Source of the DNA: Marispirochaeta sp.
GTDB lineage: Bacteria; Spirochaetota; Spirochaetia; JC444; Marispirochaetaceae
Direction of reading: 5' to 3'
Length of the DNA stretch: 64,000 nt
Assembly (NCBI GenBank): GCA_963676835.2
Contig: CAXXFF010000003.1
Span: 448,001-512,000, forward strand
Part shown: one piece after another, positions 39,925 through 49,116 of the stretch
How the letters are laid out: the number at the start of each line of letters is the position of its first letter
Numbering within the stretch: position 1 is the first letter of the stretch
Notes under the pieces: generated by a model
Databases searched by the model: none
What the model was told of the DNA's origin: nothing
Seen by the model: only the letters and a program-made list of their open reading frames with translations
Translations under genes and position numbers: made by a program

Positions 39925-41127
39925 TTATGGTCCTAGCAGTTTCGGTCCAAGGTTACGGATTAAAAGTAAGCCTAAAGGTGCGGTAACGACAATTGAAAGA
40001 ACAGCCACGGAAAGCAGAATATCCCCGCCGGCTATTCCCATGGCAAGAGGGACGGAACCCAGGGCAGCCTGAACGGTGGCTTTGGGAAGATAGGCAAAAA
40101 GGCAGAAGAGCCGTTCCTTTTTATTGAGACGCTTCTCGAAGGAGGTGGAAAACCAGACACCCGCGGAACGTGCCAGGAGACCCGTAAAAATAAGCAGCAG
40201 GCCCCGGGCGCCTGCTTCCAGTGCGGTGGGGACATATACTGCCATGCCGATGAGCACAAAAAGAACAATCTCTGCTATTACCCATACCTTGGAAAGCTTC
40301 TGGGCAAGTTCGTGGGCTACGGGCTCTGCTGTTTCCAGCAGAATAAAGCCGACCGTCATTACCCCCAGGAGGGCTGCAAGGTGAAGCATATTTCCCACTT
40401 CCACCAGGATTATAGCGACCATCATAAGCAACAGGGTCTTTTCCGTTGCCCGTATCTTCTCATGGTGGCGGCGAAACCAGCGGGAAACAGCAAAACCGAT
40501 AATGACCCCGGCAACAACCCCTCCGATTATGGAGCCCGTTATAGACAAGGGTATTTTAACCATTTCCATGGCAGACAGGGCTTCTCCTGCACCCTGCCCT
40601 CCGGCAAGCATAAGAAAAAGCGAAAAGAAGGTGATTGCCACCACATCATCCACCGAAGCTCCGGCAAGAACAATGGTGGGGACCTCATTCTTACGCCCCA
40701 GTCCGCGCTCTTTCAGCTCCAGCATTGAGGGAACAACCACCGCCGGAGAAACCGCGGCAAGCATAAATGCGCCCACTGCAGAAACCAGTACCGGGAGGTT
40801 AAAAAGATAGTGATATGCGGCAGTAAGAACCGCAGCTTCAGCCAGACAGGGAATAAATGCCATGGGAACAGCAGCCCTGCCGACCTTCATAAGAGTGCTT
40901 TTGCTTATACCAAGCCCCGCCCGGAGAAGAATGACCACCAGAGCCAGGGATTTAAGAAAAGGACTGAGTTCGGCGATTAATGGCGGAATATACCCGGGAA
41001 TAAAAAATGAGAGGGCAATACCGAAAAGAACCATCCCCAGAATGGAAGGGAGAGATAATCTGGAAAGAAGTTTACCTGCGGCCCATCCGCCGACGAAAAA
41101 GAGAACAATAAAGAGGTTAAACGGCAT
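39925..41127 (-). CDS. Cation:proton antiporter (NHA/SLC9B-like)
   Basis: ILLRAGL, AVSPAVVVP, ASVDD, PKATVQAALG. Confidence 0.9.
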   Translation of the reverse strand: MPFNLFIVLFFVGGWAAGKLLSRLSLPSILGMVLFGIALSFFIPGYIPPLIAELSPFLKSLALVVILLRAGLGISKSTLMKVGRAAVPMAFIPCLAEAAVLTAAYHYLFNLPVLVSAVGAFMLAAVSPAVVVPSMLELKERGLGRKNEVPTIVLAGASVDDVVAITFFSLFLMLAGGQGAGEALSAMEMVKIPLSITGSIIGGVVAGVIIGFAVSRWFRRHHEKIRATEKTLLLMMVAIILVEVGNMLHLAALLGVMTVGFILLETAEPVAHELAQKLSKVWVIAEIVLFVLIGMAVYVPTALEAGARGLLLIFTGLLARSAGVWFSTSFEKRLNKKERLFCLFAYLPKATVQAALGSVPLAMGIAGGDILLSVAVLSIVVTAPLGLLLIRNLGPKLLGP

Positions 41128-41137
41128 TAGGTAACTC

Positions 41138-41443
41138 CTACATAACAGTCATATACAGATAGGCTGCGGCTATTGAAGTTAGAACGGGAAGAATCAAACC
41201 GCCCCGGAACCATGCCACTGCCGCAGCTCCAACTACACCAAGAATACCAGCCATCGGCTCTTTCGGGAAAGAGTCTATAACCCCGGGAAAAATCAGCGCC
41301 CCAAGGGCGGCGATGGGCATAACCTTAAGAACAGAGGTTAAAAAGCGGGGCATCTTTTCCGGGAACGGCAGCAGAAAGGGCAAAGCCCTGGGCAGATAGG
41401 TTGCGAGGGCTGCTCCGAAGATAAAGAAAAACACCGGCTTCAT
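41138..41443 (-). CDS. azlD: AzlD-family branched-chain amino acid exporter, small subunit
   Basis: ATYLPRALPF motif; overlaps azlC. Confidence 0.85.
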   Translation of the reverse strand: MKPVFFFIFGAALATYLPRALPFLLPFPEKMPRFLTSVLKVMPIAALGALIFPGVIDSFPKEPMAGILGVVGAAAVAWFRGGLILPVLTSIAAAYLYMTVM

Positions 41444-42156
41444 GACTGATCCTCTTTTCCCTGCAGATCCGGCATGTACCAGGCACCGAAAAGAGAGGCG
41501 CTGATCAGGGCAATGACAAATGACCAGCCGACAGGGATCCCTGCGCCCTTGACCATCACCAGGTTTATAAGAGCTGCAAGAGCTGCCACAGCCAGACTGC
41601 GTATCTCCCGCTTGACTTCCGGTATTAGAAGAGCTGCAAACAGGGCATAGAGAGTACCCCCCACAGCAAGCTGGGCTTCAGGAGGAAGTACTGCTCCGAA
41701 AAGATGCCCCGCGGCAGTACCGGAAATCCAGCCCATCCAGGCCATTATCTCAAGCCCCGCCATATACGCAGGAGCTATCCAGCCGGTGCTGCCGGAAGCA
41801 ACGGCAAATACTTCGTCGGTATTACCGTAGGCTAAAGCAGCCCGTACCGGCAGAGCTGCCCGCAGCCTGGGGCTTACAGATGCACTCATAAGCAGATAGC
41901 GCATATTAACCATAAGCACCCCGATTATTGTTTCCGCCAGGGCACTGCCGGAAAGAAACAGGTTCAAAGCAAGAAACTGGCTTGCTCCGGCCAGGTTTGT
42001 TATGGAAAAGAGTACTGTTTCCGAAAAGAGGAGCCCGCCGTTTGCAGCTAAAAGGCCGAATGCCACAGCTGCAGGGAAATAGCCGATGAAGATGGGGATA
42101 CCGGAGAGGACACCTTTGAGAAAATCTGAGCCTTCGGATTCGGTAATGAGGGGCAT
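41440..42156 (-). CDS. azlC: AzlC-family branched-chain amino acid exporter
   Basis: AGASQF, VNMRYLLMS, TDEVFA, WISGT. Confidence 0.9.
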   Translation of the reverse strand: MPLITESEGSDFLKGVLSGIPIFIGYFPAAVAFGLLAANGGLLFSETVLFSITNLAGASQFLALNLFLSGSALAETIIGVLMVNMRYLLMSASVSPRLRAALPVRAALAYGNTDEVFAVASGSTGWIAPAYMAGLEIMAWMGWISGTAAGHLFGAVLPPEAQLAVGGTLYALFAALLIPEVKREIRSLAVAALAALINLVMVKGAGIPVGWSFVIALISASLFGAWYMPDLQGKEDQS

Positions 42157-42222
42157 AAAGCTACCCTACCGCCGGGAAAGCTGTTCTGTCAATTATATTT
42201 ACCGCGGAAAGCCCCGGGGCAC

Positions 42223-43437
42223 TTAATTAAAATCGTTGGTATACGCCTGCATCACATGCCGCAAGGCGCGGGTTAAGGGCAGGCAGGTAAGGGTCTCCAC
42301 GGCCAGGCCGTCGCGGTAGACAATGGCATGGAAGTTGTCTCTGGGGGCGGACAGAGCGGAGTTTATCCTGGAACACACATCGCATGGATAGTTGATATCC
42401 ATGCAGTGAACCTTGGCGGTGTTCAGGTTCATACGGGCTGTCTGCTGTGAGGCAGGACACATGTAGGGAATATTTCTGAAATCTTTAACCAGCCCGGGAT
42501 TCTTTAAGTAATTGTCTTTGTCGAATATTGTTATCAGCTTCATAAGGGAAAAGTGGTCAAACTTCATTTTGGTTGAAAGGTAAGCCATTTCGAGCAAACT
42601 CTGGAAGACGGTCAATCCGTTATCATCAAGATTTGAGGCGTCGAATTCGGGACGGACACATTTTTCACCCTGACTCATGAGTATATCAAAGGCATCGCAG
42701 ACACTTACCAGCATGGATTCACTGCTTAAAGAGGCCCGGGTCAGGCCGTTGGGATAACCGCTGCCATCGGGGAGTTCATGATGATCCAGGATGATGGAGG
42801 TTTCTGCCGCCGAGAGAAGATGCCCGTAATTCTCTATGGCCTCCGCTCCATGGTTATGAAAATCACCATTTTTTCCAGTTATTTCCGATAGTGCCAGATC
42901 GGAAAGCAAAGCCGCCGCCATAAGGCTCTTCAGCCGTTCAAGATGGTCGGCTATATCCTCCATTTCATAAAAGAGGTAGTTGATTTCCGCAATCCCCGAG
43001 AGGGCCATAACATTGATGGCGTGCTGAAAAAGGGGATTATCGGTTTTGTTATTTATGAAGTTTTCAAGAATAAACTCATCGAGATTCTTTTCATAGATAA
43101 GATCGACCAGAATATTCTCAAGAATGGGTATTATGTTTTTCTTAACCTGTTCTACGCTTAAAACCTCAGCAAGCTTTGTACCACTGATTGTTTTCAGGAG
43201 CTTTCCGGACATGTTCCGGTAATACTCCTGCGATACTTCCCTTTTGACATATACGGTTAAATCATCAATTTTTTCCGAATACGACCAGTTGGGAAACTTT
43301 GTTATATGCTCTCCCTTTAAGGTGGCACCCTCTTTGAGCAATATATTTCCGTTAATATCCGTAATACGGCTGCACAGAATGTCGCCAGGCTGGCAGTCAA
43401 GGAGTTTGATGTTGTAACTTTTAAAGTATGGTGCCAT
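42223..43437 (-). CDS. Degenerate HD-GYP domain protein
   Basis: HHELPDGSGYPNG and VCDAFD present; HD motif reads LLSDLA. Confidence 0.75.
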   Translation of the reverse strand: MAPYFKSYNIKLLDCQPGDILCSRITDINGNILLKEGATLKGEHITKFPNWSYSEKIDDLTVYVKREVSQEYYRNMSGKLLKTISGTKLAEVLSVEQVKKNIIPILENILVDLIYEKNLDEFILENFINNKTDNPLFQHAINVMALSGIAEINYLFYEMEDIADHLERLKSLMAAALLSDLALSEITGKNGDFHNHGAEAIENYGHLLSAAETSIILDHHELPDGSGYPNGLTRASLSSESMLVSVCDAFDILMSQGEKCVRPEFDASNLDDNGLTVFQSLLEMAYLSTKMKFDHFSLMKLITIFDKDNYLKNPGLVKDFRNIPYMCPASQQTARMNLNTAKVHCMDINYPCDVCSRINSALSAPRDNFHAIVYRDGLAVETLTCLPLTRALRHVMQAYTNDFN

Positions 43438-43816
43438 GGGATACCTCTAACTATAATTTACTCTCATACAATAATCTTTAATAAATCACACTTACTTTGT
43501 CTATTTTAACTATCGAACAATAGCAGCATAGTACTGAAATAAAAAGGGTCAAAAAAGCGTCTAAAAGAGTTAAAAAAAAGGAAGATTTCCCCGCTCAATC
43601 TCCAGGATCCTTACAAGAAATCCTTGGGGTGAAAATATTGCACAAATTATGGAAAAGACTTAAATGCTGACCTTGTCAGAGAGGGAAACGTATCTGCGAT
43701 AAGCCTTTCCATACCTGTGATGTATGGTACTATATAAGCCCCTCAGCGGAATTGATTTTTAAGCTGCTGTTGGGGATATAAAAACAGATATACAGCTACA
43801 GTAAATTGGAGAAAAT

Positions 43817-46800
43817 ATGAACAAAGAACAGAGCCTCCGACGACTCCGATACCGGGTTGTCCCATTCTTCCTAGTGCTTACCCTGCTATATTTGATCGTA
43901 TCCTGCGCAGGAACTCCGGGAGCTGAGAAAAATGAAGCATATGACTTACCCAGGGTTCTCTCGCAAGGCGAGAAGGTCACCATAATTCCCCAGGTTGGGT
44001 ACGGGCTGCTTAACGCCGTCTGGACCGGGGACTTTACCCCGGACATGCACTACCTTCTGGCCGGAGGCAGCGATAATGCCTTAAGAGTCTGGGATCTTGC
44101 GACGGAGCAGCAGATACAGACAGTCTATTACAACCATACCGTTACAGCTGTATGCGGTCTGCAGGACAGCAGATCGGCCATTGTGCTTGCAGGGGACAAT
44201 ATATATATCCAGGATATTTTTACCGGTGAGATTCTCCGGGACCTGGATGTGCAAAAGCCTTCAGCGGTAAAAGTTACCCGCGACCGTTCAAAGGCACTGA
44301 TTATTGCCGGGCCGACCAGCAATCCTCACCTGCTCTGCCTGGACCTGATAAGCGGTGAGAAAAAATCAATTTCCATACCCTGGGAATTCTACCTCTACGG
44401 ACTGGATTCAGGCCAACTCATCGATATCTCTGACGATGGCAAACGGGGACTTATTGCAGACCAGAGCGGCACACTTGGATTCTGGGACCTTGAAAAAGGC
44501 AGACTGCTCAGAAAAGTAGAGACATCGGATGTGCTTAACCGGATAGGCCGGGCTTGCCTGGATTCAAGCGGAAAATATGCCGCAGCCTGGGACTCACGTA
44601 ATAAAAGCCGCTTCGGGATATGGGAGATGGAGAATGGAACTCTCGTTGAGGAAGGAGACAACTACAAAGCTGTACGACCTGAGGATTTCCGCTCGGCCCT
44701 GCTGATGGAGGGGTATTCCCATGGTTCGTCCCCTGACGGCGAGCACTATCTTCTGCTGAATAAAAACTACAACAGGTCATACAGCAGACTTCAGATTCTC
44801 ACCGTAGCGGATATGACAGGGATTTCTATTAAAGCCGATATTGATCCGGTTAAACTGGTAACGGTGTTGGGCAGTGAGGATCAGTACTATGTCTCCCAAG
44901 GATACTATCAGATAAGCATAAGGGATGCCCATACAGGCAAAATCCTTCACCGTGCGCCTACCCGGAGAGGGATTACCAATTTTGAGTCCGGGGAAGACCC
45001 CCGGGCCATGATGATTGGGGAGTATATTGTCTATAAATCGGATTACCGGGAATACACCTTTTACAACGTCACAACAGGTGAAGTTTTCAGTGCGGAAAAA
45101 GAAGTTCCTGAAAGTGTATGGAAAACTGTTCATTCCGAAGAACCCTACAGTGCCTGGACCTTCCCCTCGGGAAAAGATGTTGACACTAACGGGCTTGAGA
45201 CGATTACCATGAAGGAAGAGCTGTATTACCTTCTTACCGAAGGGGATCATTTATCGGAAGAAGATGTAGTTCTTTCCGTTGATATATCTTCCGATGGCAG
45301 CAGAGGTTTAACTGTAGTCTCATCTCCGGATTCCCGGCAAATCCTAAATTTATGGGACCTTAAAAAACAGCGCCGCATTCAGATACTGAAACCCAAATTC
45401 ACGATTCGAGCGGCACAGTTTTCTCCTGATGGTAATTTTTTCCTGTATCTAGACGTAAATAAGATTATAATCGGGAACTCAGAAGACGGCTCAAAGCTGG
45501 AAACTATCCATACTCGGGACAGCGGCTACTTTACAGCAGCTCGTTTCAGCCGGGACGGCAGCCTTATTGCCGCAGGCTCCAGTACAGGAACAATTTCCAT
45601 ATGGAAAACTGACAATGGGAGATTGCTGAAAACCCTGCAGGGAGATGTGGTAGATACCTTTGATTTCTCTTCAGATAACAGCTTTCTGCTGACAGGCTCA
45701 AACGATGGTATTACAAAACTGATAAACCTTGAAACCGGTAGATGGGTGAACTTTCTTACCCATAAGAACGGCAGGGAGTGGCTCACCTACACCGATGAAG
45801 GCTACTGGGATTCGTCTCCCGGCGGCGGCAGCCTTGTGGCCATGGCAAAGGGAGCAGATAACTGGAATATTGATCAGTTTGCTTCGTGGAACAACAGACC
45901 GGACCTTATCCTCTCTTTGCTCCCCCATGCGGATACAGCCCTGCAGGAGCATTACGCCCGACAGAATGCCCGGCGTTTTGAGAAGCTGAATATAGATGCT
46001 GAGTCGGTGATGACGGAGCTGCCCTTTCCGGAAGCTGCAATTACCGGGACCGAGCAGAATGGGAAACAGCTGACCCTCAGTGCATCCTTTTCGGATGAAA
46101 ACTACGATCTTGCCTCATGGAATATCTTTATAAACGATGTTCCCCTGTGGGGGGAAAACGAAGGGATCTCAGGAAATACCGCTGAAATTACCGAGACTAT
46201 TGAGCTTGCTTCGGGTAAGAACAAAATTGAGGTATCCTGTGTAAACTCAATGGGTCTTGAGTCATTCCGACCGGTGTACCATGCCGAATATGAGGCGGAG
46301 GTTTCGGGTGATCTTTACTACATCGGCTTCGGTGTTTCCAGCTACGCCGATGAAAGCCTGACCCTGAACTATGCCCACAAAGATGCCCTGGACCTGGGAG
46401 AACATTTTGCGTCACTCTCGGACACCGGAGAGTACAAAGAAATCCACATTCACACCTGGACGGACGAAGAAGTAAACAGAGAAGCAATTACAGAGGCAAA
46501 GAGCATCCTTCTGGATGCTTCTGTTGACGATACGGTAGTACTGTTTATAGCCGGCCATGGGGTTTATGATGATGCAGCCGACAGAACCTACTACTACCTT
46601 GTACACGATTCCGACCTCTCACAGCTTTCTGAGACCGCAGCGGATTTTGAACTGATAGAGGATATACTGGCAGGAATTCCTCCCCGGAACAAACTGTTTC
46701 TGATGGATACCTGTGAATCGGGAGAGATTGATCCTGAAGTAAGGACTACCGCCCTGACTATTGCGGGCAGCCGTGGTATTTCCGCCCGCAGCATTGAGTC

Positions 46801-47899
46801 CCGGGGACTTTCCCGGAAAAATGTGCAGGAAGAGACCTCTACTGAAGTGTACTACCCCACAGACCGGGACAGCTACATCTATAACGACCTCCGCCGGCGT
46901 ACAGGAGCCATTGTATTCTCCTCTTCCCGGGGAAACGAATACTCCTATGAAAGTGATGAAATTGAGAACGGCTACTTTACCCATAACATTCTTAAAGCCT
47001 TGAATTATTCCCTCAATGATCTGGATGAAAACGGACTGATATCAACGGATGAACTGCGGGGCCTTGTAACCGACGGGGTTTCCTCCGACACCGGAGGGAT
47101 GCAGCATCCTGTTGTTGACCGGGATAACATCTACCAGATCTTCGGATTCATTCCCGGTAATATCCTCGAGTTTATAGATGTTGAAGGCGGCTCCCTGACT
47201 CCGGAATATGGCAGGAATGTACGGCTCTCAAAAATTGAACCGGTTATGGTTGAAGATTTTATGTTGAGTAAATACGAGGTAACCCGGAAACTCTACCAGG
47301 AAGTAATGGGGATTAAGGATAGAAGTTCTGTTACAGGAGCGTACCGAATGCCGGTAGATAATATCAGCTTCGTGGATGCAGTCCGCTTCTGCAACGCCTT
47401 GAGTAAGAGAGACGGCTTTGAACCGGCATACACAATCGGCGATGAGGATACCCCGGTTATACACTGGAACAGAGATAAAAACGGCTACAGGCTGCCTACA
47501 GAAGCGGAATGGGAGTTTGCCGCAGCTGTTGACGGCAAGGATGTTTACTCGAACCGCATAAAGGACGCATACCTTGAAGAGTATGCCTGGTACCGGGAAA
47601 CAAGCGACGGCCCGCGGGAGATCGGCACTAAAAAAGCTAATTTACTTGGTCTCTACGACATGCTCGGCAATGTTCCGGAACTCTGCTGGACAAGCTATCT
47701 GGACCGGAGAAGTACCCTCTACCGGAATGATCCCCTGGTTGTTGATACCGAACATGCGACAGTGAACACAAGCGGGACCGCCCGGGGACTGGTACAGTAC
47801 TCAAGGATTTTTTATACCCGCGACCTTGGAATAGATAATCGGAAGCCCGCCGGTTCTGTAAGTCCTTATTTCGGTCTCAGGCTGGCCCGGAACAAGTAA
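43817..47899 (+). CDS. Lipoprotein with WD40 repeats, peptidase C14 (caspase-like) domain and FGE-sulfatase/SUMF1-like domain
   Basis: IVSC lipobox; WD repeats (LLAGGSDNALRVWDL, LIAAGSSTGTISIW); FIAGHG and MDTCESG dyad; KYEVT, YRLPTEAEWEFAA, GLYDMLGNV, FGLRLAR. Confidence 0.88.
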   Translation: MNKEQSLRRLRYRVVPFFLVLTLLYLIVSCAGTPGAEKNEAYDLPRVLSQGEKVTIIPQVGYGLLNAVWTGDFTPDMHYLLAGGSDNALRVWDLATEQQIQTVYYNHTVTAVCGLQDSRSAIVLAGDNIYIQDIFTGEILRDLDVQKPSAVKVTRDRSKALIIAGPTSNPHLLCLDLISGEKKSISIPWEFYLYGLDSGQLIDISDDGKRGLIADQSGTLGFWDLEKGRLLRKVETSDVLNRIGRACLDSSGKYAAAWDSRNKSRFGIWEMENGTLVEEGDNYKAVRPEDFRSALLMEGYSHGSSPDGEHYLLLNKNYNRSYSRLQILTVADMTGISIKADIDPVKLVTVLGSEDQYYVSQGYYQISIRDAHTGKILHRAPTRRGITNFESGEDPRAMMIGEYIVYKSDYREYTFYNVTTGEVFSAEKEVPESVWKTVHSEEPYSAWTFPSGKDVDTNGLETITMKEELYYLLTEGDHLSEEDVVLSVDISSDGSRGLTVVSSPDSRQILNLWDLKKQRRIQILKPKFTIRAAQFSPDGNFFLYLDVNKIIIGNSEDGSKLETIHTRDSGYFTAARFSRDGSLIAAGSSTGTISIWKTDNGRLLKTLQGDVVDTFDFSSDNSFLLTGSNDGITKLINLETGRWVNFLTHKNGREWLTYTDEGYWDSSPGGGSLVAMAKGADNWNIDQFASWNNRPDLILSLLPHADTALQEHYARQNARRFEKLNIDAESVMTELPFPEAAITGTEQNGKQLTLSASFSDENYDLASWNIFINDVPLWGENEGISGNTAEITETIELASGKNKIEVSCVNSMGLESFRPVYHAEYEAEVSGDLYYIGFGVSSYADESLTLNYAHKDALDLGEHFASLSDTGEYKEIHIHTWTDEEVNREAITEAKSILLDASVDDTVVLFIAGHGVYDDAADRTYYYLVHDSDLSQLSETAADFELIEDILAGIPPRNKLFLMDTCESGEIDPEVRTTALTIAGSRGISARSIESRGLSRKNVQEETSTEVYYPTDRDSYIYNDLRRRTGAIVFSSSRGNEYSYESDEIENGYFTHNILKALNYSLNDLDENGLISTDELRGLVTDGVSSDTGGMQHPVVDRDNIYQIFGFIPGNILEFIDVEGGSLTPEYGRNVRLSKIEPVMVEDFMLSKYEVTRKLYQEVMGIKDRSSVTGAYRMPVDNISFVDAVRFCNALSKRDGFEPAYTIGDEDTPVIHWNRDKNGYRLPTEAEWEFAAAVDGKDVYSNRIKDAYLEEYAWYRETSDGPREIGTKKANLLGLYDMLGNVPELCWTSYLDRRSTLYRNDPLVVDTEHATVNTSGTARGLVQYSRIFYTRDLGIDNRKPAGSVSPYFGLRLARNK

Positions 47900-47916
47900 C
47901 AGGAACGGATTATGTA

Positions 47917-48000
47917 TCCTGCCTGGTCGGTTGCTTCACAACCTGCTCAGGCTTTGCGTCCTGCCTGGTCGGTTGCTTCGCAACCTGCTAAGGTTCTGCG
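47917..48000. repeat. Two tandem 42-bp hairpin units
   Basis: TCCTGCCTGGTCGGTTGCTTC(A/G)CAACCTGCT... at 47917 and 47959, each with a GGTTG/CAACC stem. Confidence 0.9.
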
Positions 48001-48002
48001 TC

Positions 48003-48146
48003 AGGGATATGGAGGGTGCCGAAGGCAGACCCTGCACCTAAATCCTTGATCAGCTATTTCAAATACGAAGAATCCTCAGTAAGGATTTAGGTGCAGGGGC
48101 CGAAGCCCGGAACAGCCCGGCCCGAACGATAGTGAGGGAGACGCCC
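48003..48146. repeat. Structured intergenic element with an 18-bp perfect inverted repeat (REP/MITE-like or ncRNA)
   Basis: CCCTGCACCTAAATCCTT (48030-48047) pairs with AAGGATTTAGGTGCAGGG (48081-48098); flanking TGCC-GAA-GGCA and GGC-CGAA-GCC mini-hairpins. Confidence 0.7.
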
Positions 48147-48248
48147 GGAAAAACCAGCTGTTTTAGAACAGAAAATTACGTAAGCATTGTTTAAGCGCAG
48201 TTTGTATGCTATATGTTTAAGCATCTAAAACTTTCAAGGAGTAATGTT

Positions 48249-48536
48249 ATGAGAAAACTGAAGTTTTTCGCCCTGGCCCTTGCGCTCAGCATGGTCCTCT
48301 TTTCCTGTGCTACATTTACCTTTCCGGTAAGTGCCACAAGCAATGAAATGGGTTCAAAAGTCGGTGTTGCAACCGGTGTAACCTACCTGTCAATGTTTGG
48401 TGATGACACCAACACCAGTATTCAGGCAGCTGCTGCCAACGGCGGAATTACAAAAATTTCTTCCGTAGACTTTTCCTATAATCCCGGGATCCTCGGAATT
48501 ATTCAGACCTACACCTGTACTGTTACAGGGGAATAG
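48249..48536 (+). CDS. TRL-like family small lipoprotein
   Basis: LFSC lipobox; SKVGVA...SIQAAAANGGITKISSVD...TCTVTGE; AGGAG SD before ATG 48249. Confidence 0.8.
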   Translation: MRKLKFFALALALSMVLFSCATFTFPVSATSNEMGSKVGVATGVTYLSMFGDDTNTSIQAAAANGGITKISSVDFSYNPGILGIIQTYTCTVTGE

Positions 48537-48579
48537 GAACTTATAGCCGGAGGCTGTTGCGGTCTCCGGCTTTATTATT

Positions 48580-49107
48580 ATGAAAAAACTACTTTTACCC
48601 GCTTTAGCTCTGCTGATGTTTCTCTCATGTACTACCACCGGTCGGGAAGTCAGGATTTTCTTTATTGACCAGGGAAAGCTTCAATATTTTCTGCCCAATG
48701 AGACCTGGATAGACCGGGAGAAACCGGATACTTCCATGGATGCAGACGTTCTTTTCCGCTCATATGCTCTTGAAAACGAACAGGAAGCAATGACAATCTT
48801 TAACTTTACCCTGCGGTCCGGCGATCCGGCGATACTGCACGGGAATCCTGTTGTTTCCCTTGCTTTATGCAATGGTGATTCTGAGGTGGTGCATCCTGAA
48901 GGTGTAGAGGTTCTGTTTACCGACAGAGGCATGGTGCGCTATACAAGCTTTATGTCAAGCAGTGATTTTTCAGCTTACATGAACAGCTGTGAGGAGCCTG
49001 TAATTATGCTTGAGACAGCCAGGGGAAGCTTTAAGTTTGTATCCAAATCCGGTGCATTTTATGAGCACATCGATTATTTTAAAACCGTCAGACCCGAGAT
49101 AAATTAA
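48580..49107 (+). CDS. Hypothetical lipoprotein
   Basis: MKKLLLPALALLMFLSC lipoprotein signal. Confidence 0.75.
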   Translation: MKKLLLPALALLMFLSCTTTGREVRIFFIDQGKLQYFLPNETWIDREKPDTSMDADVLFRSYALENEQEAMTIFNFTLRSGDPAILHGNPVVSLALCNGDSEVVHPEGVEVLFTDRGMVRYTSFMSSSDFSAYMNSCEEPVIMLETARGSFKFVSKSGAFYEHIDYFKTVRPEIN

Positions 49108-49116
49108 AAGGCACCG

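Noticed and set aside
43438..43816. c-di-GMP riboswitch or sRNA in the AT-rich region next to the HD-GYP gene
   Set aside because: No GEMM-type consensus recognised; explainable as divergent promoters.
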